Shown: positions 12,669-23,776 of the stretch, one piece after another | Layout: the number at the start of each line of letters is the position of its first letter | How positions within the stretch are numbered: the first letter of the stretch is position 1 | Notes under the pieces: model-generated | Told to the model about the DNA's origin: nothing | The model's database searches: none | What the model saw: the letters and a program-made list of their open reading frames with translations, nothing else | Made by a program: the position numbers and the translations under genes | From: Squalus acanthias | Lineage: Eukaryota | Length of the DNA: 64,000 bases | Reading direction: 5' to 3' | NCBI GenBank assembly: GCA_030390025.1 | Contig: CM059433.1 | Span: 17,858,001-17,922,000 of the forward strand

Positions 12669-13411
12669 GGGCCGAAAATTGATCCCGGGACGCGAGAGTA
12701 CGCACTGCGTACTCTCGCGTATTCCCACTCCAATTGCCGGTTTTCTGCATGCCCTGCGCATGCGCTGAAAACCGGCAATTGCTCTTCCGAAAAGGGGGCG
12801 GGGCCTGGCTGCATCGCGTGCGCGCTACAGGCTGCGCGCACGCTGTGCACTTCATGCTTTGGACGCGCAGGTAAGTAGGGAAGATTTTGGAAATGTAAAA
12901 AGGAGGAGTAAGACCCGCTTTTAAGAAGGTAAGTAGTGAATTAAGTATTTTTTTGATTTTTTTTTTACAGGTATATCTTTTTTATAGACTTTAAAGACAG
13001 GTAAGTTTATTTTTATAACTTTTAAAAGATTTTAAATTTTTTCAAAAATTTAATTTTTTATTTAAAGTGGTTAATTTAATTAACTATACTTATTTTATTA
13101 ATGTGATGGTTTTTTTTTTTAATTTAATTGAGGTTTAGCTGTTATTTTGGGGGGGTGTAAGATTCATAAGTCTCACAGCCATGCTGTGAGACTTATGAAT
13201 GGAAGATGGTGTGCTGCCATTGGCTCTAACTGAGTCACGTGATCCCACAGCTCGCACGAATTAACTACGCCGCTGGGATACGCAAGCCCAGCACAGCTGA
13301 TGTATGGAACATCAATTTCGTGCGAGCTGGATCAGAAAAAGCATAAGCGAGGTGAGACATCGCGGGGAAGGCTTACCCCCGCGGGAACAGAGCGAGATCA
13401 ATTTCTGGGCC
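12669..13411. mobile_element. Harbinger-type MITE, family D
   Basis: TIRs gggccgaaaattgatc / gatcaatttctgggcc, TSD ATT/ATT; internal perfect hairpins 12731-12781 and 13162-13200. Confidence 0.8.
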
Positions 13412-14365
13412 ATTATAATAGGAATGTTAAAGGCTAGAGTGATTACGTATCAAATGACAAATTGTTTTCTTGTATTCTATCCTGAGAGGTGTTGGAAGAG
13501 CTGGTTTGTGAGTTTAGGTTTTGTGCACAGAGAGCAGGCAGTTAATCTGCCAGATAGGGCTATTCAAGTATTGGAAGCACTTTAGGCTTCATAGAAAGTT
13601 AACGGTTGTTGGGTGGAAAAGAAACGTTTGAGTTGAAAGTGGAAACCAAGCTTTTTGTAAGGCAACTTTAGCAATGGAGACGTGGGAGTTCTCTTTTGTT
13701 AACACGTTAACATTTCAAAGCTTGGTTATTTTATTATATAGTTACATTTATTTTATTATGCTTTAAAAATATCTTCCATTCAATAAAAAGTAACCAAGAT
13801 CCGCAACAAAAATAGGCGAAATCCTTTGACTGGCCATGTTTGTTCCCCACTGCTAAGAATGGGGGAGAAATTCGGTACCTTAGCGCCTCCCGTTAGCGCC
13901 AGCAGATGGCGCTAACGGGGCGCTAGAGCATTATCGCCAGGGCGAGGCGAATCCAACACCACATGCCAAATCCCGCCCCCCCCCCCCTCCCATGCAGCGC
14001 CGCCACTAACAGTTATTGCTGGGAGCCTCAACGCCCGGTGGATCGTGACATCAGTGAGTGTGCAACGATCACTGACCGCCCAAACAGCAAAATTGATTGT
14101 CGCCACCTACCTTAGCACCTGGAGTAAACAGCGACAGGGAGAGCTGGCGTGAGGCATCAGGAAGCCGGCTCCAAGGACGTTATTTAAAGGGATCATCAGT
14201 AATGAGTCGCAGCTGTAGGTTAGTGGAGTTTCAGTACTTTCTTGTCAGTTTCACATAGTCTCATTCAGTAATTTCAAGGTTATTTAGAATCAGGAGTGTT
14301 GTGGCAACTAAAAAGTAGCTACATTTAATCTTAAAGAAATCAAACTGCTACACTTGGTTACATTA

Positions 14366-15361
14366 ATGGGGGCTGTACTGGCTTTATTGGAAGGCTCCAC
14401 TTCACCAAGGAGGTGGTCACAGAACTCTGCCACCTCCTGCAACCAGACCTCCAGCCTCAGATCAGGGTGACCACGGCTCTCTCAGTGGCAGTCAAGGTCA
14501 CCGTCACCCTCAATTTCTTCGCCGGGGGATCCTTCCAGTCTGCAACAGGAGACATAGCTAACATTTCGCAGTTCGCCATCCATCGCTGCATCCAGGAGGT
14601 CACAGAGACGCTCTACAGTAGGAGAAGGGACGAATGTGCATGTGGCTTTGCTAGGATAGCGGGATTCCCCATGGTGCAGGGCATCATTGACTGCACCCAC
14701 GTGGCTTTGCGGGCACCGCATAACAATCCGCAGATCTTCCATAACTGCAAAGGCTACCACTCACTTAATGTGCAGTTGGTGTGCGACCACAGACAGCTAA
14801 TCCAATAATGTCAATGCCCGCTGTCCTGGCAGCAGCCACGATGCCTTCATCCTGCGCCAGACCGATGTGCCAGCACTCTTCCAGCCACCACGTCAAGCTT
14901 GCGGCTGGCTGCTCGGAGACAAGGGCTATCCGCTCTCCACCTAGCTCATGACTCCCCTCCGCAACCCCAACACTCCTGCCCAGCACTCACATAATGAGAG
15001 TCATGCTGCCACCAGGAACATCATCGAGCAGGCCATTGGCCTGCTAAAGCAATGGCTCCGCTGCCTTGACCGCTCGGGAGGAGCCCTCCAGTACTGGGCT
15101 GAACAGGTGTCCCATTTTGGGGTGGTCTGTTGCATGCTCCACAACTTGGCCATCATGAGGGCCCAGCTCTTGCCACCAGGGATTGCGGGACCACCTCAGG
15201 AGGAGGAAGAGGGAAAGGAGGAGGAGGAGGACAAGGAGGAAGAGGAAGATGAGGAGGACAACGAGGAGGACCAGGAACAGGACCGAGGGAGGAGGCAGCC
15301 ACTCAATCGGCCTTCCAGAAGGGCAGTTCGTGATCATCTCATCAGACTGTGGTTAGAATGA
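14366..15361 (+). pseudogene. HARBI1-type DDE transposase, disrupted
   Basis: [56 protein letters not shown] and acidic tail; internal deletions, a frameshift near 14810 and an in-frame stop. Confidence 0.92.
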
Positions 15362-15529
15362 ATTAAACCCCAGATCGCCGTTGCTCACTACATCCCTATC
15401 ATTCCATCCCTGTCGCAGGCCATATCACAGCGCAAAGCTGAATTGAGACACACCACAAAAGAATCCAAACTGAATTAATAAATTTATCAAAAAACAGTGA
15501 ACACATATTTACAACAAATATATTAACTA

Positions 15530-17405
15530 TTCACCCTTGTGCAATCCATTAGTGCCTCTCGTTATAGTGCCTTTGCCTACTCTAGTGGTCCTACGAAGTG
15601 ATGGCCCAGTGGCTGCAGCAGGGCTGGTGGAAGGCTGCTGAGTGTCCATGCGGGAGACTTCAGATGGCCTTGCAGGACGTCCTCGACCAGCTCTGAGCCT
15701 GGAAAGCCTGGCTGTAGACTGCACCACCTCAGCGTGGGCGGCAGCAGTCTGGGCTGGCTGGATGACAGGCAGAGACAAGGGCAATGGCGGAGTGCCAGTG
15801 GTGGGAGCAGGAATGCTGTCATCCTGAGAGAGGACAGCAGGTTCTTGCTCCACTGACCCACTGCCACTCCCCCGGGGCAGCCCCTAGCAATCTGTTGGAG
15901 CACAGATTGCTGGCCTGCTGCGACACCCTGAAAGCCCCGGTCGACGGTGGTACACCCAACCACAATGGCAGCAGTCAGAGCTTGCGTGGCATCAAGCTGA
16001 GACTGCATGAGAGCAGTCTGAGATTGGATGCCACCAAGCATAGGCTACATTACAGCACTAAGACGTTGCGTCACTTCCGCCTGTGCTGCAATGGAAGCTG
16101 CCAGATCGCCCATCACATGAGGTCTGGGTCACCACGGTCTCTCTGGGAGTCTACCATCCTTTGCAGACTGGAAATGATGGGCTCCATGGTGTGCGCAGAG
16201 CCTTGTACAATGTTGGAGGCAGACTCCGCCACGCTCCTTATCATTGCCGAGAGGCTCTCGAGCACCCTTGCCATTGCACCTATCATCTCCGTGTGCATGC
16301 CCATCACTCTTCTTCTAAAGGCCTCCCCATCGAGGTCCTCATCTGAGTCCTGTACAGCAGAACTCACCCTCCGGGGAGCTGGTCCCCGAGCTACCCTTTC
16401 CCCCTGGCCTTGCTGCAGCCCACTCGTCCCTGGTGCCTCACCCTGTGCAGATCCTGCTACTATACCAGCCTCTAAAGAATGCGTAGTGCTAGTATCTGAG
16501 CTGGTGCCTGCAGGTGAGACATGCAGTAATGCGGTGTGTTCTTCGTCCTCCTCTTCTCCCGCCTCACCCTCTATGGTGCCCTCAGGGTCAGGCTGTTCAG
16601 GTGTTGCTCATTATCTAAAAGCATAAAGGCACAAGAGTCGGGTTCAGGTGAGGGGAGGGGGGCAGGAAGGGAGAAATGCATGCATACAGCATGATTAGCT
16701 GGAAAGTGGGAAAGGCTTGTGGGGTGAGGGGGAAGTTGGATGTGAGAAGAAGGAGTAGGGATGAACATACCGTTGTTGTCCCCAAGGGGGTCAACGTCGC
16801 CGGTGGCCACGGCGCCCACCACCTGCCGCCCAATAATCTGCAGCACTCTATTTTCCAGAGCAGACAGTGGTTGGGTGTCAGCTTATCCCCCACCTGTGCA
16901 CTCCTGCTCCCTCCTGTTGTGAGCCACCTTGGCCTGCAAGAGAAAGGAAAGTGTGTGAGTGAGTGTGGAGCAATGTGTTTGGGTGATGTGCCTGCTATAG
17001 TTGAATAGCTGTCATTGTGCGCAAAGTGTGAGATGTGGGTGTGAGTGTTGGTAGGTAGAGATTGTTGGTGGGTGAGTGCTGGGGGTGTGGTGCTTTGGGC
17101 AGTGTGTGAAGACTGTGGTTCAGATGGTGGTATGTAGCATTTGTTGAGACACTCACTCACCCTGACCATCCGAGTGAGGTCGTTAAATTTCTTCCTGCAG
17201 TGTGTGTGTGGGTCCTGGGGACCACAGTGCTGCCTGAGACGTGCTGCGCTACCTCCCTCCACATGGTGCGGAAGACTTGTGGCGAGGGCCTCCTGCCACT
17301 TGTCGGGTACAACACCGCCCTCCATCTCTCCACAGCGAAAATCAATGCCTCCAATGCTTGTTCGCAGAATCTGCGGGCTCTCTTCCTGGGGCGTGGATCT
17401 ACCAT
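15530..17405 (-). pseudogene. Harbinger Myb/SANT-like DNA-binding protein gene, 3 exons (17405-17161, 16933-16771, 16614-~15530), disrupted
   Basis: RARRFCEQALEALIFAVERWRAVLYP...MWREVA...CRKKFNDL; splice sites agg|gtgagt, ttgcag|, acg|gtatgt, ttttag|. Confidence 0.88.
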
Positions 17406-18711
17406 GAGTGCAGCTGCTTCAGTCCTCCGGCTCCTTCTCCTTGATCTGCTGCTGCTTGCTGAGACAGCTGCACAGCCAGCAATGCTGAGAATGAGGTTCT
17501 GCAACATCAATGAACCTTCCCTTTAAGCACTGAAAAGAGCCTGTGGCAATCATGACTTGCGATTAGACGGCACCTGATATTGGTCCACTCTTTGAACGTA
17601 ACGCCGATGAGCTTGGACTTAAACTTGAATTAGGACTCCAATCATTTCTTTGAGCAGTGAGCACGAATTTTGCGTGCAGTCTAAAGCATTAGCGTCTGCC
17701 GCTAATCCTCCAACTTTTCTAATGATACCGCCTATTCCTGGGCTATAATGAATTTCTAGCCCAATATTTATTATGTGATAAGCATGTAAAAAGATGAAAC
17801 ATTTCTGAAAAAAAAATCAAATGAATTCTCCATCTCCTCTGTCAATCCTTTCAGCAACTATTGCCCACATGAGAGTTCCTGCTTCTAGGCATCAGGCTTG
17901 CCTTCTACTCCATTTCCAGTGCATGGATCCTTTATCCAAGCCTTGGTCCTGATATTTTCATGTGCATGTGCATAACCTTAACACCAGTGTTTCCATGGAA
18001 TTACAGCTCCTATTGTTAAATACTTTAATGCAGAAGGAAAACTGAATTAACATTAGATTGTTACTAACTTTAATCCAAATTATTTCATGATCCTCATATA
18101 ATTTTCTTCTACATTCTCTCTCTCTTTCTTGTCCCTCGACACTCCAAGTTAAAGTAATGTTTGGCCGGCACCATGTGAGTTATTTTCTGATGATGTGTGT
18201 GTGTATTTTGAAGAAATCTGGGCTCTAAAGCAACAGCCTTTTAAATCTGGGCTCTAAAGCAAGTGCCATTACCATTGAAACTGCTCATTCAAAAGCTTTC
18301 GAGAGCAGATCAATGATACCCAGACATTATCCCCCCCCCACAAAAAGTATTCGCAGGACACAGATACTCTTCTCCCTAAATTATTGCAGGCTTAGACTCC
18401 TCCCTGAGTTTTCCCAGGTCCCAAAATCCTCTGCACAAGTTCTTCCAGACCCCAGACCTGGAACATCCCCAAATGCACCATGACTATTCCCAAAATTCAG
18501 TCTGATCCAAGTGTCCTCATTTCTAATATTTCCTATTTTGAATATGCTTCTGGCCTTAAATTACTCTCTTGAAACTCCCTAATCTCATGCTCCCCAATCC
18601 ACATGGCTGACAAATTGCACACAACAGCCCTAACCTACGCCCACCCACCAACTGTTGACCAACTCTCCACTTACATCCTCCCAGTCAACAGTCCTCCACC
18701 CCAATCACCTA

Positions 18712-20455
18712 GGCCGGAATTTTCCCGGCGCTTAGCGGAGGGGCTGGGTGGCGGGTCAGCTGTTAAATTTAAAATGACAGCGGGTTGGGAACCCGCTATC
18801 AAAACGCGCACACTGGACTTTCCCAATGTCGGGTCTGCCAGCGCCGAATAGACCCGACAGGCAGCGGCGGGGGAGGCAATTAAAATCATTAGTGGCTTGT
18901 TTACAGCCACTTATCAATGGTTTTTTCCCAGCTTTTTGGATTTGACAGGTCACCCACCGGTTTCCCACTGTGCCTAGACCTCGTCAGTGAAGCTGAGACG
19001 GGAGGTCAGTGGCCATTGAATCAGCTGATGAGTTGACAGCTTCAAATGTCAAGTCAAAGCTCCCAGCTGATTGTGATATGTTCCCTTAATCACTAGCTTC
19101 TCTAAACTGCATTTCCACTACAGATTCAGAATGCTGCAAGTCTTTATATAAGTCTCCATCCAGTCTGACCTCATTACCTCTCCCACCATTGACAGATCAC
19201 TTTTGTCATCTCTACTTCACCTGCCATCTATTTCATCAGCATGGGTGCCCTTTATAATCTCTCACCTTGGTCCTCAGAATCCCACCACAATCAGCCCTAA
19301 CACCAGCAGCACCAGGCACACCAGCAGCACCAACAACAACACCAACCTTCACCACAATCACTTGATGCTGCACAGGACAGAGAGCATCAGCAGCCGACCC
19401 CATTGCTACCCAGGAGGCCAGGGATGGCCTCACCATGGCCACATTTACTTCACTTGATGCTGTACACCCTGGCTGTCACATGATGCACCAGGTTGGCACC
19501 ACCCCACACCAACAACATAAAGCATCCTTACAATGACCAAGCCATTCCTTTCACACTCATCACCATTGCGGGGTGTACCGTTATGTCTCACCTTTCACTG
19601 CAACTCACTAAACCACTTCCAAAGGTTCACACAAATCTGTCCAAGAATGCAAAGTGTTGAAAATAAAGGTTTCAATGTTTGACACCACATTAACAGAAAC
19701 TTTACATGAACTTTGGCTAAAACACCCAAGTAACTACCCTTGTGTGTTGTTAGTTGGTATGATTGCACTCGGATGAGGGTGAGTGTGAGGGGTGGCTAGT
19801 GAGATGGGGAAGTGATAATGTAGATAGAGAGGGATGGGTGGAGGTGCAAGGTAAGTTGGTGTGAGTAAGGATGTGCAGGAGTAGGGTAAGGAAGGCAGAG
19901 TGCTGGGGATGTGATGAGTGGCACAGCAGGATGAGGTTGAGTGTGGCTTTGCAGTAACGTTTCGTGATCTACTGAGATCATTGAAAGGTTTGCGCCACTG
20001 CAGCCTGGTCCTCCTGACGACATCCCTGCTTGTGTCCTCCTGTGCAATGTGCAACCAGGCTGTGTTGGTGTCCTGGAGAGGTCTCTTCCGCCCATGGGAA
20101 GAGAAGAGAACCTCCCTGCGTGCTGTGTATATGGAGGGAGTCATGGGAGAGCCTGGGTGCACATCTGTGCAAAGCTTGTCAGTGTTTGCAGCACCTCAAT
20201 GCTGTAGAACACTGACAGCACAAATGTCAAAATAAATTTGGCCATGGTCCCTTTAAGGAAACCGGCAGCTGAAGCATCATAAATGAGGTCATCAGACCCG
20301 CTTCCTTCAATTGGCCGGGAAATGCACTGGGCGGGTTTAAGAAGCCCAATCAAGGGAAATTCATTTCAGAGGCCGGGATGGAGCCCATAGCGGGGCCGAG
20401 ACCCGCCATTGACGTCGCCCACCACGGAGTCACCGAGGTTCGTAAAATCGCATCC
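18712..20455. mobile_element. Non-autonomous Harbinger retaining Myb/SANT exon 1, copy 2
   Basis: TIRs ggccggaatttt / aaaatcgcatcc, TSD CTA/CTA; colinear with 6593-8370. Confidence 0.85.
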
Positions 20456-20653
20456 CTACTCTCTCCCACACCCCGGCCAATACACATTCTTTAAGGGTCA
20501 ATACACTGCTGTCATCTAGGATGTTGAACAGCGCATACATCGAACCTATAATTTCATTCAATTCTTTCCATAATGGTTGAACGTTGAAACTCTCTGCCAC
20601 AGTCAAACAGACAAAACGGATATCAGAACTCACGCTCAGACACACTAAAACCT

Positions 20654-21448
20654 GAAAGTGTGAGGTCATCCACATTGTACCAAAGAAAGATAGATTACAG
20701 TATTTTCTAAATGGCGAGAAGCTGGGAACTGTGGAGGAGCAGAGAGATTTAGGGTTCCATACAGCAATCACTAAAAGCTAGCGGGCAGGTACAAAAACTA
20801 ATTAAAAAGGCTAATGGAATGTTGGCCTTTATCTCGAGGTCTGGAATACAAAGGGATGGAAGTTATGTTACAGCTGTACAGAGCTCTGGAGAGACCCCAT
20901 CTGGAGTACTGCAGTCAGTTCTGGACACCGCATCTCAGGAAGGATATATTGGCCTAGGAGGAGGTACGGCGCAGATTCACCAGAATGATACCGGGGCTAA
21001 AAGCGATAAATTATGAGGACAGTTTGCATAGACTAGGCTTGTATTCCCTTAAATATAGAAGATTAAGAGGGGATCTAATTAAGGTGTTTAAGATGATTAA
21101 AGGATTTGATAGGATAGATAGAGAGAAACTATTTCCTTTGGTTGGTGGGGGGAGTACAGAACAAGGGGGCATAACCTTAAAATTAGAGCTAGGTCATTCA
21201 GGGGTGATGTCAGGAAGAACTTCTTCACACAAAGGGTAGTGGAAATCTGGAACTCTCTTCCCCCAAAAAGCTGTTGAGGGAGGTCAACTGAAAATTTCAA
21301 CACTGAGATTGATAGATTTTTGTTAGGCAAGGGTATCAAGGGATATAGAACCAAGTACCGTAGATGGAGTTAAGAAACAGATCAGCCGTGTGTGATCTCA
21401 TTGAATTGTGGAACAGGGGCTGAATGGGCTACTCCTGTTCCTATGTAA
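20654..21448 (+). mobile_element. CR1 LINE 3' fragment, frameshifted
   Basis: [40 protein letters not shown]. Confidence 0.9.
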
Positions 21449-22190
21449 CAGTGGATTTGGGCATTAGGTATTCTGATGAAGACACTCAGAGCTGTCACAT
21501 GATTTAGACCATGTTGCGTGATGGCGGGTGTGTGGCACATGGTCCACTGAACATTGTATATGGGGTGTGTGGCACATGGTGCAGGGTGTGTGGTGCTTGA
21601 TACAGGGTATAAAGCATTATGTTCCGATGTAACCTTGTAGGGGTTCCCGTGCATGAGAAATGTGCTCGAGAAGGCACTTCACCCCTCACCACGACATGTT
21701 TTACCCTACTTAATCCACGAGCAGCACCATGGGAGCTCAACTGGGATAAACTTAGATTGTTAGACAAACTGCTTGCACTTTTATTATTGCTTTAAATATG
21801 GATTTAATGTCCGCATCAGAGTACAGTTTTTGAAAAATACTTCCAAATTTACTTTTTATGTTACAATATTGAGACAATCGATCTCCTGGCTGCTTTTGTC
21901 TCCTTCCACCTAGGGTTTGAGTTAGCTGGAGACTCGACAGTGAGTCTGCCAGGCCTCTGCAGCACCTGATGCTTGGGATTCAGAGTCAGGTGGAGAGGAA
22001 CATCTCGTGGTTCTACTCGGTTCATTCACAGGCAACATGGTAACTCCGTGAGGGGGTGACTGCTCTGCTTCAATTAATTAAAATTAATATTAGTTAATGT
22101 CAGTTTTTGAATTTGAAGTGGAATAACAGCAGCCCGGTTATCAATGCCACAATCACTCATCCAGCTCCTTTAACAAAGTAGAAAGTCTAA

Positions 22191-22445
22191 GGAGGCAGAA
22201 TTCGGTAGCTTTGCACCTCCCGTTAGCGCCCTAAGGGTGCGCATGGTGCTGCAGCACGTAGCACCGCGATATTGGGCTGGAGTGCCCCAAGAGGGAGGGG
22301 GAGCGCTTCCAGTAGCGCCCCACCTCCTGCTTGGGACGCTACCATCGAATTTCGGGCGCGGGAGTGCTAACTTTTATCGGGGCACTAAAAGTAGCGCCCC
22401 AGTGAAGGTAGCGCCCCAAAGGGGCCGCGACCCAATTTTTGCCCC
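22191..22445. mobile_element. Short Harbinger MITE
   Basis: Ends ggaggcagaattcgg / cccaatttttgcccc; both ends match 53884-54592 in inverted orientation; many TAGCGCC-like motifs. Confidence 0.75.
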
Positions 22446-23776
22446 TACATATTTAGCAGTATCTTATTAAACTCCAGCTGCACTACCTGCTAATGGACAA
22501 TGCACTTCCACAGTTAATGTCAATGGTACTCCTTAATATTGAGCAGCCAAGTTCTGATTATCATCAAAAAGATTTCTTTGCATTTGTCCATCGAATTATC
22601 ATAATTTTAACCAATTATTGATGTTGACTTTCCTTTCACAGTTATACCACAGAGATGTGAATGTTTACCTATTACATGTAGTAGTATGAATATACTAACT
22701 GCATGGTATTTTTTTCGAGTCATTTCGTACCCCTTTAGCTCTCCGCCTAGCATGCACTATTCTACAGCTAAGATGGGGAACTGGTGCCATGTTCCCAGTG
22801 TCATTCTGTAACAAGTATCAATGTCGCAACTGTCATTCTGTAACAGGCCACAAAGAGGTGAGCGGCACAGCTTTAGATCTTTGCTCGTTCCCTCTCACTG
22901 TCACTCCACGATGGCTCATCTGCAGTGGAGGAGGGGAGGGGGTGTTTGGGGGGGAAGGAGGGGGGAAATCAGGGGCTGGAGCCCTATCCTATCATCCAGT
23001 GGCATAGCATATTGGCACATGCATTGCCATCAAGCTGCCATATAGATGAGGCTTGTGCTATCCAAGAGAAAGTTTGATCATTCCTAAATATAGATTTGTG
23101 TCAGTGGAATGTTTGCAGTTGAAGAAGGTTAGTCTCTGGTTGACTATATTACTGATGTACAGTTTGAAGCTATGCTGCCAAATATTAAAAAAAAATATTG
23201 ACAGACTTATTAGGTGACTATTTGATACAGAATACAATAATCAAAAAAGGGAATAATCCTAATTTTAGGGAAGTGGGGGAACAGAATAGTCACATAATAT
23301 CAAAGACTTTGATTCATTTATTGCAAAGCAAATTACACCATCATATCTTTAATTTATTTATTTAGTAAACTGTTCAGAAGTTTAAACATCCTGAAAAAGT
23401 GAGGAAAATATTCAATCGAAATTAGAAGAATAAACTGTTTCATGGCAATTACAAGGCTCAAGAGTGAATGGGAATCAAATAAGCTAGGCAAGAAAAGAAA
23501 GCTTAATGACAATGAAAAAGCAATTAACCAGGCTACTAATTGTGATTTTTACTGCAACAAACTTCAAAGGCACATTGTTCAAAACAATTCATAAACCAAG
23601 GGGAAGAGCCAAGGCCCATAATGCAGGGCTCACCAAGGTTAGACGAGCAGGATTATGTAATTATTATGTAATGTTAAGCTTGGGTTTTAAAAGCCTGCAA
23701 ATTATAAGGGAAGAGAAGACTGAAAGGTGGAGAGCTCAGCAGGGAAAGAGTGAGACGGAGCAGGAGATGGTACTGT

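Larger units (their letters stand above)
13861..17762 (+). mobile_element. Two-gene PIF/Harbinger transposon with both ends (copy E, 3.9 kb)
   Basis: TIRs gggggagaaattc / gaatttctagccc, TSD AAT/AAT; transposase on +, Myb/SANT gene on -. Confidence 0.92.

Noticed and set aside
14413..15361. Domesticated host HARBI1 gene
   Set aside because: Multicopy, flanked by TIRs and a TSD, and disrupted.
15784..16626. 280-aa + strand ORF
   Set aside because: Antisense shadow of Myb exon 3.
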